DNA of 64,000 nucleotides from Octopus sinensis (lineage: Eukaryota): assembly GCF_006345805.1 (NCBI RefSeq), contig NC_043017.1, positions 25,606,001 to 25,670,000 on the forward strand. Reading direction: 5' to 3'. The notes under the pieces were generated by a model. The model had not been told where the DNA came from, did not search any database, and saw only the letters and a list, made by a program, of their open reading frames with translations. Shown here piece after piece: positions 39,154 to 57,330 of this stretch. How positions within the stretch are numbered: the first letter of the stretch is position 1; every line of letters begins with the position of its first letter. Position numbers and translations under genes: made by a program.

Positions 39154-39835
39154 TGAAGTCATGACCGAAAGGAAGAATGAAACCAAAAAAACACCTAAAG
39201 GGCAAAAACAACAATTACAAGTACTACCGCCGCAACAGTACTACCACACCAACAATGACCATCACCACTAAAACAACAACAACAACAACGAGTATAACAA
39301 CTGCTAAAACCACAACAACGACAACTACCAGCAGTACCACCACCGACAACAACGCTATAATAATGATACGGTTATGAAATACGAAAGTCTGCTTTCGGGA
39401 ATAGAGTGATCTTTCAATGAATGTTTGTTCATATAAAACTATATTTTAGGCCGGAAGCTGGAGGTGGTCGCTTTGAACAAATCTGTGCAGGTCGTTCGGC
39501 GAAAGCTGAACTTTCATACGGCGTCTTCGATGGGACAGTCCATCGTGTGTGTGTATATATATATATCTCAATAATAACAAAGGGTAAAATTAATTAATTA
39601 ACCAGTAATCAATAATTTCACCAAGTAATTTCACCTTTTTAAAGTAGAAGAAATAGCTAAGGTTCTTTGGCTGCTATTTCTAAACTTCGGTATGTGGTAA
39701 AGCAAATCTTTGCTGAACCCTATTATAAAGTATATATATATATATATATATAAATAATAAATATTAGGGAATATATCCAAATTTACAGGGAAAAAAAATC
39801 AGATTTAGGATTAAATCCAATTTATAGTAAAATAT

Positions 39836-40154
39836 TATAAAATATTATTGAGACAAAACCACTATTTTGCAAAACAAACAAGGAAAGACTTAATCAATAC
39901 ATAAAATTTAATAAATAGTCAAAAAACCGCCACTACAATCGTTTCTTGTCTTGATCGACAATCTTCAGGTGGACTTCCAATAATTCAGTTACAAATTGTA
40001 ACTGAATTATTGGAAGTCCACCTGAAGATTGTCGATCAAGACAAGAAACGATTGTAGTGGCGGTTTTTTTGACTATTATTAAATTTTATGTATTGATTAA
40101 GTCTTTCCTTGTTTGTTTTGCAAAATAGTGGTTTTGTCTCAAATAATATTTTAT
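39836..40154. repeat. Near-perfect ~320-bp palindrome centred at 39995
   Basis: Arms of ~160 bp with a 1-nt spacer (...cagttacaa-a-ttgtaactg...). A related rearranged sequence lies at 3430-3545. Confidence 0.95.
40018..40060 (+). ncRNA. Type I hammerhead ribozyme with canonical core; mirror copy on the minus strand at 39930-39972
   Basis: ccac-CUGAAGA-uuguc-gaucaa-gacaa-GAAA-c-gauu-g-UA-gugg. Confidence 0.8.
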
Positions 40155-40406
40155 ATATATATATATATTATTATATATATATATAATTAATGTCCTGTAC
40201 TCCATTTTGTTGTTGTTTTTAAAAAAAATGTCCAGTTCCTTTGGTTTGTGTCTATGTTTTCGTTTCTCTTTGTGTTCGACGTCCCTTTGGTGTCCTGTAC
40301 TCATATATGCGTGTATATGTACATGTAGAGGTAGGTACGTACATATATGTTTATATATATGCATATGTTTTATTTCATTTATTAATATATATATATATAT
40401 ATATAC

Positions 40407-40795
40407 AGGCGCAGGAGTTGCTGTGTGGTAAGTAGATAGCTTATCAACCACATGGTTCCGGGTTCAGTCCCACTACGTGGCACCTTGTGCAAGTGTCTTC
40501 TACTATAGCCTCTGGCCGACCAAAGTCTTGTGAGTGGATTTGGTAGGAGGAAACTGAAAGAAGCCCTTCGTATATATGTATATATATATGTGTATGTGTG
40601 TGTGTCTGTGTTTGTTCCCCCAGCACCATCACCGATGCTGGTGTGTTTACGTCCCCGTAACTTAGCGGTTCAGAAAAAAGAGATCGATAGAATAAGTACT
40701 AAGCTTACAAAGAATAAGTCCTGAGGTCGATTTGCTCGACTGAGGCGATGCTCCAGCATGGCCGCAGTCGAACGACTGAAACAAGTAAAAGAGAG
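40407..40795 (+). mobile_element. SINE family A
   Basis: Full length. Confidence 0.9.
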
Positions 40796-40858
40796 AAAAG
40801 AAAAGTGTATATATTAAGTATATATATATATAACTACTATGAAGCATTGTGTAGAGTA

Positions 40859-41143
40859 TATTGTATAAGGGATTGTGGGTAAGGCTAAAACAATGCGAAG
40901 TAAATGCAAGGTAAATAACAAGGAAACAAATATGTAGACTTAATGTAGACTTTGTATTCAATATTTCGGAGTTATGACCCCATTTTCAAGAAATTGACAT
41001 CGGAAACAATTGTCAGTTTCTTGAAAATGGTGTCATAACCCCGAAATATTGAATACAAAATAAAGCATACATTAATTCACATTTTGTTTCTTGTGACTTA
41101 CTTTGTATTGTTTTGGCCTTACCCACAATCCTTTATGCAATAC
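40859..41143. repeat. Imperfect ~285-bp inverted repeat with a U3-A8 hammerhead variant in each arm (40957-40992 -, 41018-41053 +)
   Basis: The two-arm consensus is uuc-UUGAAAA-u-ggggu-caua-acccc-GAAA-ua-UU-gaa. Confidence 0.75.
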
Positions 41144-41339
41144 ACACACACACACACACACATATATTACTTAATACATATATATATACTTAATATTTAA
41201 TCCCTTCTGCTGTAGGCACAAGGCCTCAAATTTTGGGCGAGGGGGCTTAAAAAGGCAAAAAGGATTGACGTTTCTGACATTAGTCCTTCTTCAGAAGAAA
41301 TAAAAGAATGAGAAAGAGGATGGTGTGTGCATGTATAGG

Positions 41340-42126
41340 AGAGTATCCGTGTATAGTGATGGGCATAGGAGGACAAGTCTGGTTTCTTGGTGTGTGTGCG
41401 TATGCGTGTGTGTGTGTGTGGAAGTGTGCACTAAAGGAAGTGAAACAGATGGAGGGCGTGCGCGGGTGAATGGTGTGTGGGTGTATTCGTATTGCACGTG
41501 AGAGGAGTGCGCAGAGAAGAAGTGGCAGACGCGAGTGAGGCGAAAGGTAAGAGAGATGTGATGTGTAAGAAAAAACACACTGAAGAAAAAGCTGTATTAA
41601 TAACAAAAAAGCCAAAAAAAAGTGAAATACACACACATACACACACATAAATATCGTATTGCTTTGTGACTACCCACTCTGAAAAATGCATAGGAAAGAG
41701 AATCTGACTTCAGTTTCACAGTCAGTGAAGTCGTATGGTGAAATTAATAAGTAACCGTCATTTTTCACGTGAGGGCAGTTTTCTGCAAACTTCACTCCCT
41801 TCAAATAGTTTCATAGACAGGAATTTCTTTGGAAATTCCTGTGGTGGAGGTGGGGGAGGAAGAACAAGAAAACTACAAGAACAACAACAGCAAGAAGAAC
41901 AACCACTAGCGTGCCAAGAATGACCAGCACCGCTTGTTAGAGATCTATTCCTGTGGATGGACTTCTTACAAAGTTCTGCGGTGATAGTCAGCTGTGGAAG
42001 CAAAATGAGACGATTGGGCGTGGCTGTTTGACAGCTGGGCATTAAGCAAAGCTGACTGGACGGGGAAGCTCTTATGATGATGGTTTTTTTTTTTGGCGAC
42101 TGTACTTTTTAGCACTGGAGGTAAGC
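41340..42126 (+). promoter_or_regulatory. Candidate promoter and first exon of a host gene
   Basis: Unique, relatively GC-rich DNA. CACGTG at 41495 and 41766, Inr-like TCAGTT at 41710, donor-like AAG|GTAAGA (41547) and GAG|GTAAGC (42121). ATGATGATG at 42074 precedes hydrophobic codons. Confidence 0.35.
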
Positions 42127-42157
42127 TTACATACTTTCACGCAGAAATATACATATA

Positions 42158-42595
42158 CAGGCGTAGGAGTGGCTGTGTGGGAAGTAGCTTGCTTACCAAT
42201 CACATGGTTCCGGGTTCAGTCCCACTGCGTGGCATCTTGGGCAAGTGTCTTCTACTATAGCCTCGGGCCGACCAAAGCCTTGTGAGTGGATTTGGTAGAC
42301 GGAAACTGAAAGAAGCCCGTCGTATATATGTATCTATATATATATATATATGTCTGTGTGTGTATATATGTTTGTGTGTGTGTGTTTGTCTCCACAACAT
42401 CGCTTGACAACCGATGCTGGTGTGTTTACCTCTCCGTGACTTAGCGGTTCGGCAAAAGAGACCGATAGAATAAGTACTAGGCTTACAAAGAATAAGTACT
42501 AGGCTTACAAAGAATAAGTCCCAGGGTCGATTTGCTCTATTAAAGGCGGTGCTCCAGCATGGCCACAGTCAAATGACTGAAACAAGTAAAAAGAG
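42158..42595 (+). mobile_element. SINE family A
   Basis: Full length, with a 22-bp internal duplication agaataagtactaggcttacaa. Confidence 0.9.
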
Positions 42596-42845
42596 TAAAA
42601 AAAAAAAGAATATACATAGATAGATAGACAAATAGATAGATAGTGTGTGTGTGTGTGTGTGTGCGTGTGTGTATGAGAGTAAGTGAGTGAGTGAGAGGGA
42701 GAGAGAGAAAGAGATATTAAAATGTATTAGATGACACCGATTGCTACAATCACACCCACTCTTCACGTATGCATAAAGAAAACACACAAACGCAATGTGC
42801 ATGTGTGCGTGAGAGTAAGAGCATGAAAGAAAGAGAGAGAAAGAA

Positions 42846-42879
<34 letters not shown>

Positions 42880-43215
42880 AGATACGTTTGTAGCAGTCGG
42901 AGTCGTTTAATACGTCTTTATGTTTTCTCTCTCTCTCTCTCTCTCTCCAATTTTTCTGCTAACAGCGCCAAACTTTAAATTCGCTGTCAGTTCTGCTTTG
43001 TCAAAGACGTACGGAAATCCATTGAGAGAAAACTTTTCTTTTCTTTTCCCCCCCCAATTCCGTCAATATTCCACAAAGCAAAGTCGTATACACAAAATGA
43101 AGCAGAAAGCTAAATAATGTTTTAGAAAGGCGAAGAGTTTGAGTAGCTGTGATTACAAGTTAGTTGTCAACTGAAATAAAGACAAAGCTTTCACGGTGCT
43201 GAAAAGTCCTGAGTT

Positions 43216-43603
43216 GCCAAAACGGCGGCGCCAAAACGGCGGCGCCAAAACGGCGGGCCAAAACGGCGGCGCCAAAACGGCGGCGCCAAAACGGCGGCGC
43301 CAAAACGGCGGCGCCAAAACGGCGGGGCCAAAACGGCGGCGCCAAAACGGCGGCGCCAAAACGGCGGCGCCAAAACGGCGGCGCCGAAACGGCGGCGCCG
43401 AAACGGCGGCGCCGAAACGGCGGCGCCAAAACGGCGGCGCCAAAACGGCGGCGCCAAAACGGCGGGGCCGAAACGGCGGGGCCGAAACGGCGGCGCCGAA
43501 ACGGCGGGGGCCAAAACGGCGGCGCCAAAACGGCGGCGCCAAAACGGCGGCGCCAAAACGGCGGCGCCAAAACGGCGGCGCCAAAACGGCTGTGCCAAAA
43601 CGT
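43216..43603. repeat. GC-rich 14-bp minisatellite (gccaaaacggcggc), ~28 copies
   Basis: Seen directly. Variants gccgaaac and ggcgggg occur. Confidence 0.97.
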
Positions 43604-43749
43604 CTCCTATCCAGATGGAATTATGTAATTGCAAACCTGCACATGGCTCGGAAATGAAATTTGCTTAGGCGGTGCAAACCCAGGTCCAATATTTTTTACA
43701 AGCAAGATTTTATTGTTTTATTTATTTATTTATTTATTTATTTTATCAT

Positions 43750-44154
43750 TTTACTCTTTTACTTGTTTCAGTCATTTGACTGCAGCCATGCTGGAGCACC
43801 GCCTTTTGTCGAGCAAATCGACCCCCAGAATTTATTCTTTGTAAGCCTAGTACTTATTCTATCGATCTCTTTTTGCCGAACCGCTAAATGACGGGGACGT
43901 AAACACACCAGCATCGGTTGTCAAGCGACGTTGGTGGGGGAGGGGATTACAGAAACACACACACACACACACATATACATATAGATATATATACGAGCTT
44001 CTTTCAGTTTCCATCTACCAAATCCACTCACAAGGCTTTGGTTGGCCCGAGGCTATAGTAGAAGACACTTGATCAAGGTGCCACGCAGTGGGACTGAACC
44101 TGAAACCATGTGGTTGGTAAGCAAGCTACTTACCATACAGCCCCTCCTACGCCT
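43750..44154 (-). mobile_element. SINE family A
   Basis: Full length. Confidence 0.9.
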
Positions 44155-44191
44155 ATATATATATATATATATATATATTCAGTCCTTAATA

Positions 44192-44441
44192 TTGGGTTGG
44201 TGCATAACAATTGTGGCTTTTTGTCAACAAATTTTATTCAACAAAAACAATAATAATATTTAACAAAAACATCTTTAAATGACGGTCTGACCGTCTGCCA
44301 TGCAAATGGGAAACAGTAATTGAAGTAGATGGTGAATATGCTCCGGAATAACCATTTAAAGATGTTTTTGTTACATATTGTTAGTGTTTTTACTGAATAA
44401 AATTTGTTGAAAAACGCTGCAATAATTATGCACCAATCCAA
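44192..44441 (+). mobile_element. Mariner-derived MITE with ~90-bp inverted arms
   Basis: TA|ttgggttggtgcataa...ttatgcaccaatccaa|TA. The centre encodes RLPCKWETVIEVDGEYAPE*, a mariner C-terminus. Confidence 0.85.
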
Positions 44442-44606
44442 TACATCCGGTATATAATTGGTTAGACCCACATCAGGTTCAATCAAACAGGCTTATGATC
44501 AGATCAGATTCCAATCGTGACCATCCCGTCTTTTTTGTTTTCCGGATACTGTTTATAAAGTAGAACATCGATGCATTCTTCTTGAAGGCGAGCTGGCAGA
44601 AACGTT

Positions 44607-44706
44607 NNNNNNNNNNNNNNNNNNNNNNNNNNNNNNNNNNNNNNNNNNNNNNNNNNNNNNNNNNNNNNNNNNNNNNNNNNNNNNNNNNNNNNNNNNNNNN
44701 NNNNNN
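44607..44706. other. Assembly gap (100 N)
   Basis: Run of N between a SINE B head and a SINE A tail. Confidence 1.
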
Positions 44707-45370
44707 CGGTGCTCCAGCATGGCCGCAGTCAAATGACTGAAACAAGTAAAAGAGAGAAAGAGAATACACACACAAACAAGTATCATAAATTGAAAACGAA
44801 AACACTCCAACCGAAAGAATTATACACGCTAAATCTAACGACAAGTTGTGGAAGACGGTGTCTTCCCTCAGATATTAGTTGGGCATTTCTTTAAAATTCT
44901 TAGACCATTCTCTGATAAGAATATCCTCGTCTGCAAGGATATACCATTCTGTCTTTAGTGACACTCAGAATGGGATTCTTCTTTTGTTACCTTATTGTCA
45001 CATTAGTGAGGGTACGTGGGTAGCCCATAAGTTCGACACACGGCGGCGCAATGTACCTTTGATCCAGACACTTCCTTTCACGTTGTTGGCAAAAAAGAGT
45101 TGTATTTCTGTACTTGTGTTTCTGAAGGTCAGCCTTGCTACATTCTACGCCTTAAGGATAATCGTATATGTAGCATGTTCAGCCACTTGTACGTTACTTT
45201 CACGAGCAGGCTGTTCCGTTGATCGCATCAACTCGAACCCTCGTCGTTGTAGCTGACGAAGTGACATTCTCAAAGCGAAACCTAGTAGTTTTCGTTTCGT
45301 TTTACAGATCCAAGACACATTTATAGGGCCCAATCCGCTCTTGTAATGGCGATATAACATGTGAGCCACA

Positions 45371-45584
45371 GGGCGGCAAGCTGGTAGAAACGTTAGCACG
45401 CCGGGCGAAATGCGTAGCCGTATTCCGTCAGCCGTTATGTTCTGAGTTCAAATTCCGCCGAGGTGGACTTTCATCCTTTCGGGGTCGATAAATTAAGTAC
45501 CAGTTAAGCACTGGGGTCGATGTAATCGACTTAATCTGTTTGTCTTCTGTGTGTTTAGCCCCTTGTGGGTAGTAAAGAAATAGG
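45371..45584 (+). mobile_element. SINE family B
   Basis: 16-bp TSD taacatgtgagccaca (45355-45370 and 45585-45600). Confidence 0.9.
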
Positions 45585-46009
45585 TAACATGTGAGCCACA
45601 TTAGGTAATGGCTTTCATCCGGAATTTTTAAGATAAAGGAAATTTTGGACTGAGCCATTGACCTGGATGTTAACAGTGGTATTACAATATTGAAGATAAT
45701 GCTTTGCGGTCCTCCTTTTAAGATTTCAGCGTCCAAATTGCATGAAGGCCAAATATACTATACATCATTTCAAAGTATTACAATAATATAACAATCAAAT
45801 TCTGGAATTAGTTTCGTTTCGTTCTCCTTCTGTCTACTTTCACTTTCTATACATCGCTATGTGATCATAATGACGATGATTAGGCGGAAGGGGAGCAAAA
45901 ACATAATGGGAATGATGGAGGCGATGGTAGTATTTATGTTCGTGTGGCAGTCGGTTGTTGCAACTGCTTCAATCTCATATTGTGGTGGTGATGCATGATA
46001 TATGCATGT

Positions 46010-52268
<6,259 letters not shown>

Positions 52269-52489
52269 CGTCTCGGATTGTTCGATTGGTATGTTTTGAA
52301 GTTGTATATTAAGTAATTCTAAGCTAGCTAATTTAATAAATTGCACAATACCATTTTCTGGAGATATTTTTTTAAACTCAACAGTGGGATTTCCAGGTTG
52401 AAAAATATTTTCGATTTATTTCGCTCAATTTGCGTTTCGACACAGTGTCTCTTTTATTTCCAAGTGTTTTCCCTCATATACAACAGTGA

Positions 52490-52911
52490 TCTACGTATCG
52501 TATCCAACAACGACAATCTTACTCAGATGGTCAACCTGTAATGACTTGCATAAGATCTGGTCATCAAATCTAAGTAGAGACTTCAAACTTGAAATCTTCT
52601 CGTGGAAGCGCCATCCAACCAAAATGCAAATATATGGGAAACTACCCCCTGTGTCATCTCTTGTGAAAGGTAGGAGAGTCCAGTTTGCTGGACATTGTTG
52701 TAGAGCTGAAAAAGAGGTAATTTCTACTCTTCTCCTCTGGAAGCCATCTACACGCAATACCAGAGGGCGCACACTCTCCTACCCTGATGTAATCTCCAGG
52801 GATACAGGCATCCAGCAACAGGACCTCCGTAATGCCATGATGGACCGTGAAGTCTGGCGTAGCATGGTAAATTCCATCGTCTCGACCACGGTCGAACAAT
52901 GATGATGATGA
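52490..52911 (+). mobile_element. RTE-group LINE 3' end
   Basis: SWKRHPTKMQIYGKLPPVS...RRVQFAGHCCR...LLLWKP...RGR...AMMDREVWR, then a (TGA)n tail. Confidence 0.85.
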
Positions 52912-54016
52912 AGCTTCATTGGCCGTTCCTTTGTTTTGCCCAGCCGGTTTATTTATACTCGACCAAGTCTCCACATGCCAAACACACACCAGTTCCCTAA
53001 ACAGAAACATGAAATATATAATTCAAAAGGAATATTGCAATCGTATGTTTCTTCATTTTGCTTTTTGTTTTTCTTTCATCAGCAAAAACACACTATCACA
53101 GCTCCTATCCAGAAACATTATTGCTTCGCCCACAACTTTACCCTATCAGCATGCAACTTGAACCTCTCTGACGATTCATACGTTGAACTACTCTGACTGC
53201 TGTCAAAAAAGGAGAATACAGTACGACTTTCTAAAAGGCTATTCCCTATACATATAAATTTGACATCTGTTGACTATTCAGTATTTGATGTAATTTGTTC
53301 TTAATGCTTGCTCTTGAGCAGCACAGATTAGAGCCTCCGATTCTTGTCTTGGGATTCACGGTCAAACGGCTGAGTAGGATTGAGCGATGAATTACACAGA
53401 TGTGCAAAATGATGCGGTGGTTATGCTGGGCTTTGTATTTTTCATAGCTCCCATGGTTAAAGGAAGGGGTGACGTCATTTGTATTTTTTTCATAACTGAG
53501 ATAATCTACTATAATAATACTCTTGTTTTTATGAATGAGAAACGAAGAGATTATAGATGATTAAGAAAGGTAGGGATGATGTCATACTTGGTAGTGGGAT
53601 GATGAAAATTGTACGCTGAAAAAACTAAATCAAACAGCGTTTCAACTCTGTGTGAATATATGTGCGTGTATGTAAAAGGGTTTATGAGAACGTGTGTTTG
53701 TGTGTGCGTGTGTGTGTGTGTGTGCGTGCATTTTTGTGTGTTTGCGCGCGCAATAGAATTGGGATGGTTCACCTTTGTTTGCTTAGTATTTCAGTTTATA
53801 TTGCAATTTGGTTGAATCCTGATTGTTTTTTTTATTTTGTTGGTCAGTTATTTTTAACGTTTTCTGAGAAAAGTCATACTAAAATTGTTTTTTAACGTAA
53901 GCGTGTCCAAATAAGTCGAATGCTAACGCAGAACAGGTTTTACAGCCAGCTCATCTAAACCAACCGGCTGAACCGGGCTTAGCTGCTAGTATGCCTATAT
54001 GTATTGTTCTTTGTAT

Positions 54017-54069
<53 letters not shown>

Positions 54070-54319
54070 ATTATATAATATATATATAGGAGATGTGTGT
54101 GTACTAAATCTTAGCAATGGTACATTGTGTAGGATGTCGAAGATTGTAGGTGGATTTAATATGAAATTTTCCAAACGCTGTATACGGCAACAATTGTTTT
54201 TGTGTTTGGTCATAAATATATGTGTATGGGCGTTTGTGCTTTCGTGTATACATACACATATATACGTCCATATGTACCTCTTTGCCTGTAAATAAATATA
54301 TATACATATATATACATAC

Positions 54320-54373
<54 letters not shown>

Positions 54374-54918
54374 ATATATATATATATAACAGAGAAGGAC
54401 TGATAGGTAGACAGATAGATAGATAAATAGATAGATAGACAGAGTATAAATAGACACGTTTGTATGTATTGCGTATGTATGTTGTTGAGACATCGATTAT
54501 GTCTGGAATCCTACTAAAACAATGACCACCCAACTAGAAGTAATGTATTGGCAGAATATTATCTCTGAATATAAGAAATATGTCGCCCATTTCAACATTT
54601 AAACGGATCAAATAAAGTAAATCTTCCGAACCAATAAAAACCATGGGTTCGGTACACAAGTACACTCTTCCTAACTTTAATCGGATGAGAGATAATTCTC
54701 TTCGGGATAAACGAAGTCCATTGGAGAGGAGCAGCTTCTGATTGAGTTGTAAGTAGTTGTGGAGAATTTTGTGTTTTACTGGTGATGCTGATGTTGTTGT
54801 TGTTGTTCCTATTATTATCATTATAATCATCATCATAATCGTCGTCGTCATCATCATCATCATCATCATTAAGATTGCTATCATCGTCATCGTCATCATC
54901 ATTATTATTATTAATGTG

Positions 54919-55129
54919 TAGGCGGCGAACTGGCATATTAGGCAAAATGCTTAGCGGCATTTCGTCCGTCTTTCAGTTCTGAGTTCAACTTCCGCCCAGG
55001 TCGACTTTGCTTTTCCTTCTTTCGGGGTCGATAAATTTAGAACCAGTGAAACACTGCGTCGATGTAATCGACTAGACCCCTCCTTCCAAATTTCAGGCCT
55101 TATGCCGTTAGTAGAAAGGATTATTATTA

Positions 55130-55199
<70 letters not shown>

Positions 55200-55206
55200 C
55201 ATTGTT

Positions 55207-55279
<73 letters not shown>

Positions 55280-55310
55280 TTGGTGTTGTTGTTATTGTCA
55301 TTATTATTAT
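54919..55310 (+). mobile_element. SINE B head and body with an alternative tail ending in (ATT)n
   Basis: The B body is followed by ccaaatttcaggccttatgccgttagtagaaagg(att)n. The same tail occurs at ~3955-3992 (+), ~41200-41240 (-) and ~49300-49335 (-). Confidence 0.8.
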
Positions 55311-55339
55311 TTTATTGTTTTTGCACAATTTCTAACGCT

Positions 55340-55941
55340 GGAGATGTTCTACGGTGTCAGCTGTTCACAACCAGTGAACTAAGGTAACACTCCTTATTTT
55401 TCGAGCACCGTCCGGAGTATTCGAGAAGTTCCAAGCAGTGCTGTTTTCTGCAAGTGCTCCACCCTTATTGCAGCTCCTAAATGTTCCAAGTACTTCTCAA
55501 GATTTTTACTCACTTTTCCCAGGTTTCTGACAATCATTGGTACTACCACCTTTTTTATTTACCACAACTGCTCAAACTCCCATGCTAACCTGTTATAACT
55601 ATGACTTCTCTTTCTTCCTTATCACATACCTTGTCGCCAGCTGGTCATGTTATATCGATAATCCAGCATCGTTTGCTTTCTTCCTCAATTAAGACTGTCT
55701 GGTTTCCTATTCTCTGTCTCATACTCTCTTTTACTCTTTCACTTGTTTCAGTCATTTGACTGCGGCCATGCTGGAGCACCACAATTAGTCGAGCAAATCG
55801 ACCCCGGGACTTATTCTTTTGTAAGCCCAGTACTTATTCTATCGGTCTCTTTTGCCGAACCGATAAGTGACGGGGACGTAAACACACCAGCATCGGTTGT
55901 CAAGCAATGCTAGGGGGACAAACACAGACACACAAACATAT

Positions 55942-55987
<46 letters not shown>

Positions 55988-56890
55988 GACGGGCTTCTTT
56001 CAGTTTCCGTCTACCAAATCCACTCACAAGGCATTGGTCGGCCCAGGGCTATAGCAGAAGACATTTGCCCAAGATGCCACGCAGTGGGACTGAACCCGGA
56101 ACCATGTGATTGGTAAGCAAGCTACTTACCACACAGCCACTCCTGCGCCTGTAGCATTGAATCATAAAATTCCATAGGATCTTTGCATTATCATTTTCGA
56201 TGATGCCTTCAGGTTTACGTACGTACACTTTTTTGATCATACTCGTTCATACTTGTTGCAAAGTGTCCAGTAGTAGGCAATCCTTGCTATATTGCCGTGA
56301 CGTCTCTTATATTCTTAAAAAATAAAAAAAAAGACTTAAAAAGACTCCGCCGGTCACGACGGCGAGGGTCCCAGCTGATCCGATCAACGGAACAGCTTGC
56401 TCGTGAAATTAACGTGCAAATGGCTGAGCATTCCACAGACACGTGTACCCTTAACGTAGTTCTCGGGGATAATCAGCGTGACACAGAGAGTGACAAGGCT
56501 GACCCTTTGAAATACAAGTACAACTCATTTTTGTCAGCTGAGTGGACTGGAGCAATGTGAAATAAAGTGTCTTGCTCAAGGACACAACGCGTCGCCGGGA
56601 ATCGAACTCACAACCTTACGATCATGAGCCGAATGCCCTAACCACTAAGCCACGCGCCCTCACTCTTATATTCTTACTGGGCTAGTGTTGTACATTGAAT
56701 GGCAGTATGCCATACGTTTCACTATTTTGTGCACAGATTCTACACTTATCACTTCCTGATGTGTTGTCTGCTCTGTATTTGATGTAATTCGTTCTTAATG
56801 CTTGCTCTTGGGCAGCGCAGATTAGAGCCTCCATTTCTTGTTTTAAATCACTTTTAGTCATCCATAGCCATCTTTTTTCTCTGTCTTATC
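55340..56890 (-). mobile_element. R4/Dong-like RLE non-LTR retrotransposon, 3' part, interrupted by SINE A (~55725-56151) and a D/C SINE
   Basis: EALICAAQEQALRTNYI...KCRIC...KPEGIIENDNAKILWNFMIQC...LQKTALLGTSRILRTVL. A further EALICAAQEQ fragment lies at ~53285-53345. Confidence 0.85.
56318..56663 (-). mobile_element. Chimeric-architecture SINE: D-type head/CORE plus family C tail
   Basis: Head gcgcgtggcttagtggttaggg, CORE gtccttgagcaagacactt...ctcagctgacaaaaatgag, then the C tail. TSD tcttatattctta (56305-56317 and 56664-56676). Confidence 0.88.
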
Positions 56891-56900
56891 TTCAATATAT

Positions 56901-57330
56901 CTATGTAGCTGTCTTTTCGCCTGCTTTCTTGACTTTTCGTGGGTCAAAGGGGCATGCAACATCAACTGTATAGCACATGTGGTGCACTTTGTCCACAACC
57001 ATTAGGTCCGGTCTGTTATGCTCTAGCTCCTGATCTGTGTGGGTTGGGAAATCCCAGAGGATTTTGCTAGTCTCCGAATTCGCCACTCTCTGCGGTTTGT
57101 GCTTATACCACGTCTTGTCTCTCTCTAGTCCACACTTTTCGTACAGTTTCCAATGTAGCACTTTCGCTATGTGACCGTGTCGCCACAACTTGTAGTGGTT
57201 TTGGTGAAGTCTAGGGCATTCATTCGTGGTATGGGCAATGGTACTGCAGATGCGGTACAGAAGAGACACTTGCTCCATATCAAAGTTCACACTCCAGTTC
57301 GCAGCCAAAACTTGGATTTGCGCTGCCAAT
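56901..57330 (-). mobile_element. Second R4/Dong-like fragment (zinc knuckle and RLE)
   Basis: H...EC...YKLWRH.HIAKVLHWKL...KILWDF...NRPDLMVVDK....VDVACPFD. Confidence 0.85.

Noticed and set aside
43153-43657. 136-153 aa ORFs with PKRRR (NLS-like) repeats
   Set aside because: The 14-bp unit has no stop codon in any frame, so the ORFs follow from the repeat.
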